Assembly (NCBI GenBank): GCA_030704615.1 | Contig: CM060734.1 | Location: 24,862,001 to 24,926,000, forward strand | Source of the DNA: Takakia lepidozioides | Taxonomy: Eukaryota; Plantae; Bryophyta | DNA: 64,000 nt | Direction of reading: 5' to 3' | Shown here: positions 45,200 through 58,062 of the stretch, piece after piece | Layout of the letters: every line of letters begins with the position of its first letter | How positions within the stretch are numbered: the stretch's first letter is position 1 | Notes under the pieces: model-generated | What the model saw: the letters and a program-made list of their open reading frames with translations, nothing else | Database searches by the model: none | Told to the model about the DNA's origin: nothing | Translations under genes and position numbers: made by a program

Positions 45200-47245
45200 G
45201 ATCCAACGCTACATTCCTAATAAACCTCACTGGGAGCAGTGTACGTCGGCCATCCCCTGACTGCCACTCCGGCCTATAGGACGCCGTTTCCTCCCAAAAA
45301 TCCAGAGTAAATCCCATGGGGTACAACACCGCCCCACCAACAAACACATCGTATGACATCATGTCCGTAACAATGGCTTTGGCTCTCATGACTGAGCCAT
45401 CCGTAGGAAGATCCGGCTACAATCGAATGAAGAGCTCATGACGTATAATCCCTCGCGTCTTCTCTGAACTACCTAAAGACGTCTGAATCTGGAAAGGGCA
45501 AGGCTCCAAATCTGCCTCTGTAAGGCCCAAGCCTGCAATTGCCGCTCTCCCCAACATCAATGGTTGAGCTCCTGAGTCTAACAATACGAGGGTAGCTACC
45601 GTGTGAGCAGCTCACGTGAGTATGTTCACGCTTTAAGTGGTAAACGTGAGCAGATTTCCTTAAGCGTGAGCAGATTAGTGAATGAGAGCCTACAATCGAG
45701 GGAAAAATAGGGCCTATTGTCGAGGACAAAAACTACATTGCACGGACGCAATCTCCACCCCATCCGACAGAAGAATCCTTGCTGGGTGACGACCATATAG
45801 TATGAATGTGCGATGAAAAGTTGTCAGATGAATGGTTTTGAGATGAATGAAAAAGGGAATGGATGAATGTTGGATGACTTTTGGATGAAAAATGAGCGAC
45901 ATGAATGAACCATGGTGTGTGTGCAGGTGCTCGGGATTAAGGTGTCGTCAACGACATCTTAATTCACAGTACGAGTTGGCACATGACAACTCACGGAAAA
46001 ACCAAAATCCCGAAAAAAATCTCCCAAAAAAATTAACCAAAAAAATTTCAACCCAAAAAACTTTCAATGCGAAGAAGCCTTGGCGGTAAGGCGGTGTGTG
46101 TGCAGGTGGTGGGGATTAAGGTGTCGTCAACAACATCTTAATTCCTAGTACGTGTTGCCACATGACAATTCATGGAAAAACCAACAACCCCAAAACAATT
46201 CACCCCAAAAAAAATTCACCTGGCAAAAGTTAAATGGGTGTATTCATTACATTAAACAAAGTGGAGTCATTGGCAAAGAATTGAACTCCTTCAGAACACC
46301 TCACATTTTAGTAATCATATCTCGCTGCAGAAGTGTATGAACATCAGTGGGACCCATTGTACATTGGTACCAGCAAGTTTTCAAGAAAAAAAAAAAAAAA
46401 AAACCCCGTTTTTTTTTTCTTTTTTTTTCTTTTTTTTTCTGAATGTGCCAGATTAAGGTGTCGTCAACGACATCTTAATTCCCAGTACGAGTTGGCACAT
46501 GACAATTCATGGAAACCCCAAAAGAATTCACCTAAAAAAATTAACCCAAAAAATCTGATGGCGAACAGCCTTGGCGGTAAGGCGGTGTATGAGCAGGTGC
46601 TGGGGATTAAGGTGTCGTCAACGACGTCTTAATTCCCAGCAAGTGGTTATAGGTGGGCAGATCCTGAAGCGTGAGCAAATTTTTGCTCACGAAATTTTCT
46701 GCTCGCGGGATCTGCTCACAGGATAGCATCCTCCCAACAAGACTGCAATGGCCTATACCTCCTCCCAGTTGGGCCACCCAACTGAAACACTCCATCCTGA
46801 TTGTCCACCAGGACTACCCCCCATGTTGCGCTCAATGGCTGGCCTAGTTGGCAACTCCTGCAACCTTGCAGCTACAGCTTGCCATGGTGCAGCTGTGGCT
46901 GACTTTATCCTCAAATCCAGGGCAGCCATAGACTGCACCTTATCTGCTATCCCCGCAGATAGTGCCGATGCATCATCACTCTCACATAGTCTAGCTGCTA
47001 GTCTAAACACAGCAGCCGGCCCAATCCCCGGCATTATAATGGTCATTGCAGAAAACAATGGAGCTTGGCAAACCGCAGTAGCCGCCCCCAACAATGTATT
47101 GGCTGCACCTTGCTTTGCAGCACCACCCACTGGTATTTCCCGAGCCACACCAACTCTTCCCAATGACACTCATGGCCCTACCTCTGACACACTTGGGCAA
47201 GCGGGTGTCATTGATGGCGTAGGTGACACTGTCTCAGCTGTCAAG
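45200..47245 (-). pseudogene. Protease-region fragment of a second member of the DNMT-Gypsy family, split by a MITE
   Basis: 46753-47169 aligns with 52097-52500 (LLGAAT.VCQAPLFS...PAAVFRLAA.LCES). VLLDSGAQPLMLG at ~45550-45587. 45129-45389 (YDV.VGG.VLYPMGF.LDFWEE.ASYRP.WQ.GDGR) matches 52720-52870. Confidence 0.85.
45588..46733. mobile_element. Mutator-type MITE (1146 bp) with four internal palindromes
   Basis: TIR GAGGGTAGCTACCGTGTGAGCAG vs reverse complement GAGGATGCTATCCTGTGAGCAG. Degenerate 10-bp TSD CTAACAATAC / CCAACAAGAC, which duplicates the VLL codons of the protease. ATTAAGGTGTCGT-CA-ACGACATCTTAAT at ~45936, 46115, 46452 and 46606. Confidence 0.8.
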
Positions 47246-50200
47246 TAAAGTTTACTAGTAGTGTGAAACTAGCCAATAAATAACTAGTTTTTATATATGA
47301 CACTTGGGCTTGATCCAAGTGTCAACCCAGGGGTCAAGATATTTGTTGGCCCCTGGGCGTGGCTTATCTTCACGGTGAACGCGCGGCGAGGCTCATCTCT
47401 CTCGAGTTGAGCCTCCCGCGTCGGCTATGGCGTGCATAGTGCAGATTCCCCATAGATTTTGGGGTGTGCTTGGCTTGACTCGTAATGCATGAGTGATGGT
47501 GTCTAATTTTTATTAATCACTCGAGAGAGATCATGTCTAGTCCTTTTAGTGCTAGGCTAGATAGACAACGTGTTATGAGCACTTGTGTTTGTATGAAGCT
47601 TAGTGGCAGCAAAGAGATGGAAACATAAATATGTTGTGCAGTTAGGTGAGTGCAAGGTGAGCTGAGAGTTAGCAGTGTATGTATTACCTGCTTTCAGCTG
47701 ATCTGTAGTCTTAAAAATAAATAAATAAATGAAATGAAAAAAATGCTTGAGAGTGGCTGGCTCCTAAAAAGTCAGGAGTTGGTCGCAGAGATGATTCCCT
47801 TGTGCAGAAACAGGTTGTTGCCTGCATGCAATCTACGAGGAGCGGCAACCAAGATGCTTGGGCTTCCGACTTGAAATATTCATGAACAGCAATAAAGCTC
47901 GGGGGGTGCTGGAGCAGCTGTGAAGCGTGAACTTGACGAAGAAGACGAAATGGAGGGCAAGGATGGTGACAGCGTGAACTTGACGAAGAAGACGAAATGG
48001 AGGGCAAGGATGGGATGCCAACACGATGAATCACTCTTTGATGCGATTTGTGGTCAACTGGTTACATCACTTCATAGCATCTCAAAACTCCCAACAACCA
48101 GGGTAGGGGATTTACGGGTCAATCAGATCTGCTCCATGGCTGACACCAAGGTTGCAGAGAGCAACCAGCCTTTAGGTTGAAAGAGGGAAGTCCGCAGGAG
48201 TTAACCAATTTGTACCAGCAGGCGCTTTGTGCATAGAGCTCGAGGCTATGCACAGATGCTCATAGCAACCTTCACTCTAGAAGTACCTGTATGCAGTTGG
48301 TGGTTAGGTGGCCGGAGGCAGGCACGCATATTTAACAGAAGGGGGAGCCAAGCCACGGTTGTCTTACCCTGGGAGTGTGAAAGATGATTATGTGAAGATC
48401 CTCAGCAGATCAGAGCAGTGGGGAGCTCGTTACCTTTGGCAAATTGGTCGTTATATGTTTGACAGTCGCTTAACAAGCTACATAGTTACGTTGCCAAGTG
48501 ATCGTTTTTGTTTGCAAGTCTTCATTTGGTGGCATGCGGGTAGCGCGGAGGTCTAATAAGTGACAGGGTTCTCATCAGTTCGCTCCAGCAGAGTATGCGG
48601 GCATGAATGTAGCAAGATGGTGGTCTGTCCAGTGGCCGCAACGGTGACGTCGTATGATTTTCTTGGTCTTGGAGGAACAATTGGTGGGAAAGCCACGAGC
48701 TTGGCAAATTATTTCCTGGAGCTTGACAGTAGAACAAGCTAAATCGATATGTAAATAAGGAATGTTGACAGGACGGACGGAGTGATCAGATCGTGGTGGT
48801 GAAATGAAAAGCCAACTCGGACAAAAGCTGAACTGGACGATTGTGTTTAGATTGCTGAATGTAGCAATTCAAGAGCACGGATTAACGAATGAAGGTGCTG
48901 GAAGGTGTGGTGAACCTCGCTTCCTTGTGTCAGCTAAGATCGAGCATGCACGGATCAGGCCATAAACCTAGTCAACCAAGAAGTACTTGTATGTAGGTAA
49001 GACCTTGCTACGGTGGAGGAGAAATTTGATAAAGGGGTGCTCATACATCACCTCCTAATCGCTTCGTGCAAGAACCAGCTTGTCTTGCGGGGACCTTGTG
49101 TTGTCTGTCTATTCGAATTGCAGTGATGCTTTTAAGGAGCCGCCTACTTCATTTTGAAGACTCAAGAGCTGCAGGTCCGTGGGTCATGCTTCATGTTATT
49201 GCCCATTCAGAACTCTGTTGGAGCAAGCAGTTCTGCAGCTGTAGGTGAAATACCAAAGTGGGTGGAAGCTAGCTTGGAACACAGCCAAAGACCAGCCTCG
49301 GGGACCAAGGTGTTCAGCCACAGGCCGTGGTGTACTGGAGTAGAGGGAGCAGGAGCTTGCACAAGTTTTTGCAATCAGACGTGGTTGCGCCAGACACGCT
49401 CTGCACGAGGCAACCACGAGCGGGGTTCATTAGCAACGAACAGTTTGTTCTGTTTGAAGGAGATGCAGTCATTCGCAACGAGGACACCCGCAACCGTCTC
49501 AAAGCTTTCGAGTTGAGAGACTGTCAGGACACCCGCAACCGTCTCAAAGCTTTCGAGTTGAGAGACTGTCAGACCCTACCTTTATTTTCTTTAGTATTCA
49601 GTGAGCGGGAGATAGGGGAGTATTGCTTTGTCTCTACCTGGCAGAGAGAGGAGGAGGGTTGGTTAGAGCGAGCTACTGTAGCTTGGGATAAGGTTAGTGG
49701 CAAGTTTCTGGACATAGATATACCTCCCACACCTTACCATCATGCAGAGCGAGGCACTTTGAGAGAAGTCTGGCAGTGATAGCATAGATCAGGATTAGAT
49801 CTTGCTTGGTCGGGCCTATATCTTCCCCTCCCTCTCTTTACTATTTTCATTACTTGTACTTGTAGTTGCCAAAGCCTCTCTGGTGGAGGCCAATCAGTCG
49901 GGGTTTTGGCTGGGGTATTCTGCAAGAGCAGCACTGCGGAGGGATTTGGTGTGGAGGTGTTGATGTTTTGTTTCTTGTGTTTGGATCCCCCCACACCTGC
50001 ATGCTTGACTGTGCGCCATGTTGGTTTTGTGTGGGCGCTGCTTTCATAGGGATTAGGCCGGATTTGATCACCGGTCAATCCTAGAGTATGCCAGCAAGAC
50101 CACACAGTGTTTCTTCTATGGTGAGGCTGGGTTGATGACCAGCCACCCATAAGAGTTATTGCGGTGGATCAGGTGCAGGTGCCCTTAGCCATTGGGATAA

Positions 50201-53200
50201 TGACCATTAATAATCCGCAACAGGTGCTGTCTCACTCGATGTCCTATTAGAATTACTACTAGAGCCTTATAGTGTCACGGTGGGAGGTGCAGGTTGTGAG
50301 TGTCATCACGGACTTACCCAAGTTTTTGAGGGGAGTACGGCTACAGGCAGTAAGCAGTGAGAGTGGGTTCACAAGACGAGGTGTTCGTTCAGACCACCTT
50401 CACCTCCACCCTCAATTAGTGCAGAGTATTCTGACACAGACTCGGAGGCTTCATCAACGCATGTTGTGCAGTTTCCTTCGCCAGTTGTGGGACGACATGA
50501 AGAGATGTATGTCTACCAAGGGCCTCGTAGGACTCTGGAGCTGTGGGCACAATCGAGCTGGATGACTTTATCCAGGAGTTCGACAGCTCTTGTGATTTGC
50601 GCTATCGCAATCCACCTCTGTTCACCTCATTCATGGCGTGGAAGAGACTGTTTCAACATTTGGAAGGCCCGCCTATGGACGATTACCACGAGTTCAGGCG
50701 AGAACATGAAGCAAAGATTGAGGAGTGGAGGCTGTATTGGTCACCTGACTACGTCTCCATTACTCAAGGCACAACGCGACTAGTAGCTGCATCAGCACCA
50801 ATATCTCCACTGCCAGCACTAGTAGTGGAACAAGTAGTGCCGGTACTTCTGCAGGTGGTACCAGTTCAAAAGGTGTTACTACTCCGTCTGTCACAATTAC
50901 AACACATGTGCCTAGATTCCACCCGGTGGTGGAGTTCTTCCAGGAGTGCGGAGAAACTACCAAGGCGTACGGATAGAGAAGCTGCGAAGTTCGCAAGACT
51001 TCCAGCGCAAACCCAATGAGAGTTTGCGAGAGGCCTACACTCGTAGGAGGCGCTTGATAAATATGACCCAAGGGGTTACTGAAGCTCAGGCAATCCAGTT
51101 CTGGTATGGAATTTTGGACAGGAGCTCAGAGAAGGGTGCGGGATGCAACCCTGTTACAAGCGGCCCAACCCACATTAGCAGATGTGTTTCTGCTGGCTGA
51201 GCGGATGAGCTCACATGGTGGAGGAGCAAGTTGTTACCATTGGATTTGGCAAAGACATGCCTGCACGAGGCGCAGTTGCCAACCAATAGGTACAAGGGAT
51301 TGCCCAACAGCGTGGTCAGGGGGGCAAGGTTGCCCAACCCAAATTCCATGAAGCTTACAGGGGGCCTCGGTGTCGCGGCCAGTAGCTTTTTTTGCATGCC
51401 AACAGCCCAAGGGTTTTGTATATTGGACATGTGGAGGACCTCATATCAAAAAGATTGCCCAGAAAGTGGGCAAAGGGCCGGCACAAGCACAGCCTGCACA
51501 ATTGCAGTGTGGGCATTGTGGCAAGTATGGGCATGGAGATGCCCAATGTTATGACTTGCAAACCTGAGTTGCGCGCGAGGCCAATCCAAGGGAACAATGG
51601 TGGCGCGAGGGCGAGGTGGAGCACCTCAGAGAGGACGAGGTGCTCAGGCACGAGGTGCAGGACGAGGGCAAGCCGAGTATGGCCAAGACGTGGAGGTCAG
51701 GGCGTTGAACCACGGCATGGCCAACCGGCTTCAGCATTATAGCAAAGGCTTGCTGCTGCATGCCCCAGCTCAGGTGGTACCAGCTCCAAGACCTAAGGGT
51801 CCACCTCCTGTTCCTCCTCAGCAACGTCATCCTGAACGGAGGAGATATGGGCATGAGATTTTATGTGTGGGCAGCACTACCATTAGTGCAGGTGGAGTCT
51901 GCTGCACCGTCACTCAGGAGTAGCACGAGTTGCTTGAGCCACGAGGTGCAGAGGTGGAATTGGATCCGCAGCATGGGAGCAAGCCGTCCAAGGGGGGGGG
52001 CTAGGTTCCTCAATCATTCATCTTGGTAGAGACAGTGTCGACGACATCCATGGCCACCTAATTCTCGCCCCCACGGATACCGAGGCAGGGGTTATTGTGC
52101 CATTGGGAAGAGCTACACGTGCAGCACTGACATCTGCTGCCAAGTCTAGTGCAGCTAGTGTGTTGTTGGGGGCGGCCACCTCTGTGTGTCAGGCCCCACT
52201 GTTCTCGACAACCATGATTGCGACGTCGGGGGTAAGACCAGCTGCAGTGTTCAGACTAGCAGCAACACTCTGTGAGAGTGGGGATGTCACTTCATCTTCT
52301 GCGGAGTTAGTGGAAGGTGTAGTGGCAGAGGGATCCTCGGATTTGAGGGTCAAGACTACTACACGCTGCGCCATGGCAAGCTGCAGCTGCCAGTTGATGG
52401 AGCTGCCAGCTAGGCCAACCTTTGAGCGCACCATGGTGACACCTGGAGTTGTCTTGTTAGACAACCAGGATGACATTTTCTCTTTGAGTGGACCGGCAGG
52501 CAAGAGTCCTCCCGGCCACTGCGGGTCTTGTTGGACTCGGGAGCTCAGCCACTAATGTTGGGCAGAGCCGCTATTGCAGGTTTGGGCTTCATGGAGGCGG
52601 ATATGGAGCCTTGTCCCTTCCAGATACAAACATCTCTGGGAGGATCAAAGTAGGCTCGGGGCATGACATGGCGTGAGTTGGCCATTAGACTACTGCCAGA
52701 TCATCCTATAGATGGCTCAGTGATGCGAGCCAAGCCATTGGGACAGACGCGGTCTCTTATGATGTCCTCGTTGTTGTGGGCGTATTGTATCCCATGGGCT
52801 TCGCCCTGGATTTTTGGGAGGAGTCAGCATCCTACAGGCCTAGATGGCAGTAAGGGGATGGTCGTTGTGTACAGCCTCCGTGATATTCATTGGGGGTTGG
52901 CTGCTTGCTTGCCCGGCGGTGCAAGATCCAACACTACACTAGCAGCCTTCACAGCTGCAGTTAGTTGGCCTGGAGAGTGTTGGGAGGGGCAATGCCCATG
53001 CAGAGGATGTGTCACCTCTAGCATAGTAGGATGTATGGGCAGGTACGGCGGAGTTGTCTGCCATGGTTGCTCACATTTTCTTGTGGTTACGAGCAAGGAT
53101 TTGCAGCAGGCTGCTGATAGACGTGTGCAACAAGCCTGGGTAGAGCCTTTGTACCGTCAAGAGAGGAGAAGAGTGCGGTGATGTACCAGACCCGCTCATT

Positions 53201-53239
53201 GTCGCCATTGAACAGCACACCCTTTGTGTTGCAGTGTCC

Positions 53240-54140
53240 GGATGAAGGCATATGTCTTCTGGACTTGTTTGGCGGGATCAGCACTGGATTGGCTGCAGTG
53301 CTGCAGGCAGGTGTATGAGTTCGACATTACCTGTATGTGGAGAGGGATGAGACTGCACGACGCGTCTCACTGCGCCATGTTGCTCAGTTGGTGCAGCAGT
53401 ACCCTGATTTGTTGCCAGTGTCTTCAGTTCGTACCAGCAAGCCTTGCTAGCAGACATCTCTTTGCTGGGGGCGTAGGATTTGGAGAGGCTTGGCTCTATT
53501 CACTTGGTAGTGGCAGGTTGGCCCTGCCAAGGGCATTCATCAGCCGGACATGGCAATGGGTTATAAGACTCAAGATCACGCCTATTTACAGATCCAGCAG
53601 ACAGACTCTCCGGCATATATCTTGGAGAATGTGCCATTGATGGGTGATTCTCGGACCAAGGTGATGGCCAGTGTACATCAAGTGCGGTCTTGGCTTGGAT
53701 CAGCAGTGTTGCTGGATGCAGCTGCAATGGGGTCACGAGCTCATCGCCCACGACTATGGTGGACCAACTTGATGCCACCTACACTGCTCAAGCGTGCATT
53801 TGATGGGGTGTAGCGGCCACCAAACCTGACGGTGGATAGCATTTTGGACATAGGGAGGCAGTCTCAGCGTATGAGACACGATGACCGATCACCTTTGGCA
53901 GTGGTCAATAAGGTGGGTCACCCATAAGCAGCATTGCCTACACTACTCAGCTTTCCAGGATCTCATGCTTTCCGGGATGGTGGACCTGGCCAGTTGCAGC
54001 AATTAGTGGAGCCCAATGCTGACGAACGCGGAGCGGGCGATTGGGTTTTACCACTGGTCCACGGCGGTGCTTATCTCTTTCTGAGGATCACGTCGTCAGG
54101 TGTTGGGGCAGGCAATGATTATCAGCTTGGCTATGGCTGA
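53240..54140 (+). pseudogene. C5-cytosine DNA methyltransferase domain (DNMT3-like motifs) within the Gypsy pol
   Basis: Motif I LLDLFGGISTG (~53256), motif II YLYVERD, motif IV AGWPCQG (53513-53533), V D.RSRLF, VI YILENV (~53616), VIII SRAHRPRLWWTNL (~53733), IX-X EPNADER...RQVLGQAM. Several stops and frameshifts. Confidence 0.92.
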
Positions 54141-56713
54141 GCAGCGCAGAGTATGGAATACACTTCCCTTGATGGTCTCTCTGCCTACTGAGACGGTACA
54201 TGCAGCGAGTGGGGGCGAACAGGTGAGGACCACGAGGTGCAGGCCGCATCCATGGCACACGTGGGAGGTGCTCGAGGTTCAGAGGAGTTGGCAGCCAAGG
54301 CGGCGGTGATGGATGAGGTTGGGGATTTTTCTCGGGTTGAGGAGGTCCTCAAAGATGAGATGTGGGCAGGATGAGACATTGTCACTGACCGAGCAGGCAG
54401 TGGTCATTGCTCAAGAGGTTGCAGCATAGCACCACGGGGACGCGTCTTCTATCTCTAAGCTACTGGACTCAAGGTTGGGAGGCCAAGATGAGATGTTGGA
54501 CTCAAGCCAAGAAGGATGGTCATTTATGGCAATGGACGGAGAGACGTATGAGGACAAGGAGTGATGTAGCCGGGCTGGCTTAAATCGTCGGGACCGGCAC
54601 GTCCGATAGGTATGCCATGCCAACACCAGAGGAGATCTTTGATTCCATTGGGCATGCCAAGGTCTTTAGCACTTTGGATTTACGATCCGGATATCACCAG
54701 TTACCGATCAAGGAGGCAGATAAGCAAAAGACGGCATTCTGGGGGATCAATGAGCACGGAAGGATGCCTATACCAGTGGCGGTTCTTACCATTTGGCTTT
54801 TAGAACGCTCCTGTAGAGTCAGAGAGTCATGGACAGGATTCTAGCAGGGGTGAAGTTGCTCGGTGCTACATAGATGACATCATCATCTTTAGTGTACGGT
54901 GGAGGAGCATGAGAGACACCTTCAGGTGGTATTTGAGCGCTTGGCGCACGGATTGAAGTTACCTCCGGGGAAGTGCAAGTTTTTCCACAACCAGATTGAG
55001 TATCTGGGTCATATGATATATCCTGGAGGATTGGGGATACATCAGACTAAGGTAGAGGCCATTGCACAGATTCCACGCCCCATGGATGTGAGTCAAGTTC
55101 GAGCTTTCATGGGGTTGGCAAACTATTATAGACAGTTTGTCAAGGGATTTAGTGCCATTGCAAAGGCTCTAACCAAGCTGACCAAGGTGGAGCAGGAGTG
55201 GCAGTGGGAAGATGAGCAAGAACGAGCTTTCCAAGAGCTCAAGCGAGGTTGACCTCGGCGCCCATCTTGAGACGACCTATCAGGGGGCGTCTTTTTCAGC
55301 TGCATACAGATTGGAGCATGCTGGGGCTTGGAGCGGTGCTCACACAGGTGGATGATGAGGGAAGAGAGTTCACAGTAGCTTATGCTAGCCGCTCGAACAA
55401 CGCTGCAGAGGCTAAGTATAGCTCATATGAGGGAGAGTGCTTAGCTGCAGTGTGGGTCGTGGCACACTTCAGGTGCTATCTATATGACAATATCTTCACC
55501 TTTGTCACGGATCACCAGCCACTCAAGTGGTTTATGGAGTCAGACAAGCTTACGGGAAAGCTTGCATGGTGTGCACTCATACTTTAAGAGTATGACTTTC
55601 AAGTTGTGCATCGACCGGGTTTGGTCAATCGGGATGCGGATGGGTTGAGTTGCAATCCATGCACGAGCCAGCAGGATGACACTGGAGCTCGGTGACATGG
55701 TGAGACGGACGAGGAGATGGTGCCCGGATGACATGCATCTGCATTTCTATGTATCTTGGCAGCAGAAGGCCAGGTTGGACCTACAACAGGGATGACTGTA
55801 GACCAAGTGTCTGAGGACCCTGAGGCCAACAATGAGCAAGGTGGCGCCAAAGATATACATGAGGATTCAGCTGTGTTGGACTATCTCCGCACTGGAGACA
55901 CGGCAGCCACTGTGACTGCCAAAGAGAGGGATCGGATCCTACAACGAGCCAAGAGGTTCAAGTGGGAGGGGACACACCTGCTCTGAGTGTGGGAGGATGG
56001 TCGAGTGAGGATTGTGCCTCACCCAACACAGCGGGCACGGTTAGTGCGGCATGCCCATGAGGATTGGGCATTTTGGGGTGGCGACGCACTCATAGTCTAC
56101 TGCAGGGGCAGTATTGGTGGCGTGGTATGTACACAGAGGTGCAACAATTTGTGGCTAGGTGCATGGTGTGTGACAGGATGCGTGCTTCATTCAATGCCCT
56201 TACACCACAATTGCACCCTCTTTCGATCATGGGATTGGGCTACAGGTAGAGTCTTCTCTTTGGCCGAGAGCCAGATTTGCCTGCATCCATTCGTAGAGAA
56301 GCTGCTACAGTTCTCAACCTTGACGATCCGGACGTGTGGGCACGTGCATGTGGTCAGCGTGCGGAGTTGTTCAAGAAAGTCATGCCCATGGTTTTCGAGA
56401 ATCTTGTCATTGCACAACATCATTATACGTTGAGGTATGCTATCATACGTGGTGGGGGCTATCGTCCTGGGGTTCGGAGATTTCACCCTGGTGACTATGT
56501 TTATTTGCAGCAGACTGCTCCAACGACCCTGGATGTGACTGCAGGACGTGTTATTTTGAGGGTTCGAGAGGTATTGCCCTCAGGCGTCTTGATCTTGGAG
56601 GGTTGGGATAGCATGACTTGGAAGGACCATGTGCGTAATTGCGCGCCATATCACCTTCCGAATGTCGATGGCAGGATTGACCCAAACTTGGCAGTGGTAC
56701 CTGCAAGTTTGAG

Positions 56714-56850
56714 GTGCATGTTGTGTGGGTCTGCTAGACGGGCAGCCACCATGCTGGTGTGTGATCGATGCTCTAGAGGTTGGCATATAGGATGCTTGAC
56801 TCCACCTCTTGAGATGGTTCCTGATGGGGATTGGTTATGTCCGCATTACA
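56714..56850 (+). other. PHD finger (C4HC3) coding segment at the integrase C-terminus
   Basis: CMLC.......MLVCDRCSRGWHIGCLTPPLEMVPDGDWLCPHY; the last Cys is mutated to Tyr. Confidence 0.92.
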
Positions 56851-57180
56851 TTGGATAGTGGGAGTGGATACAACCATGGAAGGCTAACAAGAAATGCAAG
56901 GTCAAGCTACTAGGAGACCAACACACAAGATCATGGCTCAAGTTCACAGATTGCAAGACGGCAACTAACGATGGGGCTACTCTTGTACCCGGCTTCTTGG
57001 TCTATAGAGTTTGAGTACAATAGGGACACTGATAAATGACTTAGTACGGCTGTGGCTATTACATCTTGTAGCTATCTGGAGTTAGATGGACCTAACCACC
57101 AGCTAGGGGGGCGATTGTGGCAGACTACTTTATTGTGCGTATATGTTATGTGGTTTGGACAGCGATGTAGTTGTGTAGCA

Positions 57181-57905
57181 TGTCGCGGCCCTTTGCCTTG
57201 AGGGCAGGGGGTTGGGACACATGAGGGGCTGCCCCTGTGGTGGGGGCATCGGCAGCGATAGGTATGGGGGGCTGAAGCACCCTTGAGTGCCCAAGGCACT
57301 GAAGGAGGCGGAGGCGCTCACTAGGTGGAGCCCCGCACACCGGGTTGCGGTGGAGGTGGCTCCACAAGGGGTGGTGGTAGCTTAGCGGGACTTAGTGGGG
57401 GTGGCATAGGACTCACCATGGGGGCGGAGACCTCGTGGTGGGAGTCGTGGGGAGTCTTGGGACTCATCACGGTCCATAGGGGCCGTGGTGAGTGGGCCAA
57501 GACTCACCGCGACTCATCACCGGGAGTCGAGGGTTTTCGTGGTGGTTCGCCATAAAATGGCATGGCTGGTTATGAAACCCCCGCGGACAGCTACAGAAGT
57601 ATATATAGAGAGTAGTAACCCCGAGAACGGTGCAAGCCCGTTGGTGACCAAAAACTAGTGAGTAAGCGAGCGAGCCGGAAAGCGACCAAAGAGTGGGGAG
57701 CTGTTCCGGACTGCCATCTACCAAAGGGAATTCCACTAGTCCCAAATAGGTGGAGGGTTTAGTGGGAAGCGAAGGGGGACCGTTATGTCCCGGTGAGCAG
57801 CCGAAGCTCCAAGTTGGCCCGGCGGCCAGGTTGGGAGTCAGACGCGCGCATCAAAGCGAGTAACTATGACGTGAAGGGGAGCTTACCGAAGGGAGGTGCG
57901 CGACT
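57181..57905 (+). repeat. 5' LTR of the chromovirus
   Basis: Starts TGTCGCGG, ends GCGCGAC(T) directly before the PBS; TATATA at ~57600. Confidence 0.95.
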
Positions 57906-58062
57906 TGGTATCAGAGCTTAGAGTTCAGTACGCGATCGTCCTTGGGATTGGCCTCATAATGGGGTCGGGCAAGCCGAAGCGAAAGCGGAACGGCCCAAAG
58001 ATGATGATCCTGGTGAGCCCGATGGGGGCGACGTGTCACCGAGGCGGCCGTTTGAGGAAGCG

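Larger units (their letters stand above)
50440..57180 (+). mobile_element. Decayed Ty3/Gypsy LTR retrotransposon: gag - PR - C5 DNA methyltransferase - RT - RNase H - integrase - PHD finger
   Basis: Gag (QRKPNESLREAYTR; knuckles WTCGGPH, CGHCGKYGHGDAQC); PR VLLDSGAQ (~52525); RT ([18 protein letters not shown] ~54867); RNase H (LHTDWS, YEGECLAAVW, TDHQPL); integrase H2C2 with the core deleted at ~56245; purine tract AGGGGGG at 57105 then a probable 3' LTR start TGTGG at 57116. 5' LTR not located. Confidence 0.9.

Noticed and set aside
47239-48728. Solo LTR TGTCAAG...CTTGACA
   Set aside because: 7-bp inverted ends, but no TSD (TCAGC vs GTAGA) and no PBS; left unassigned.
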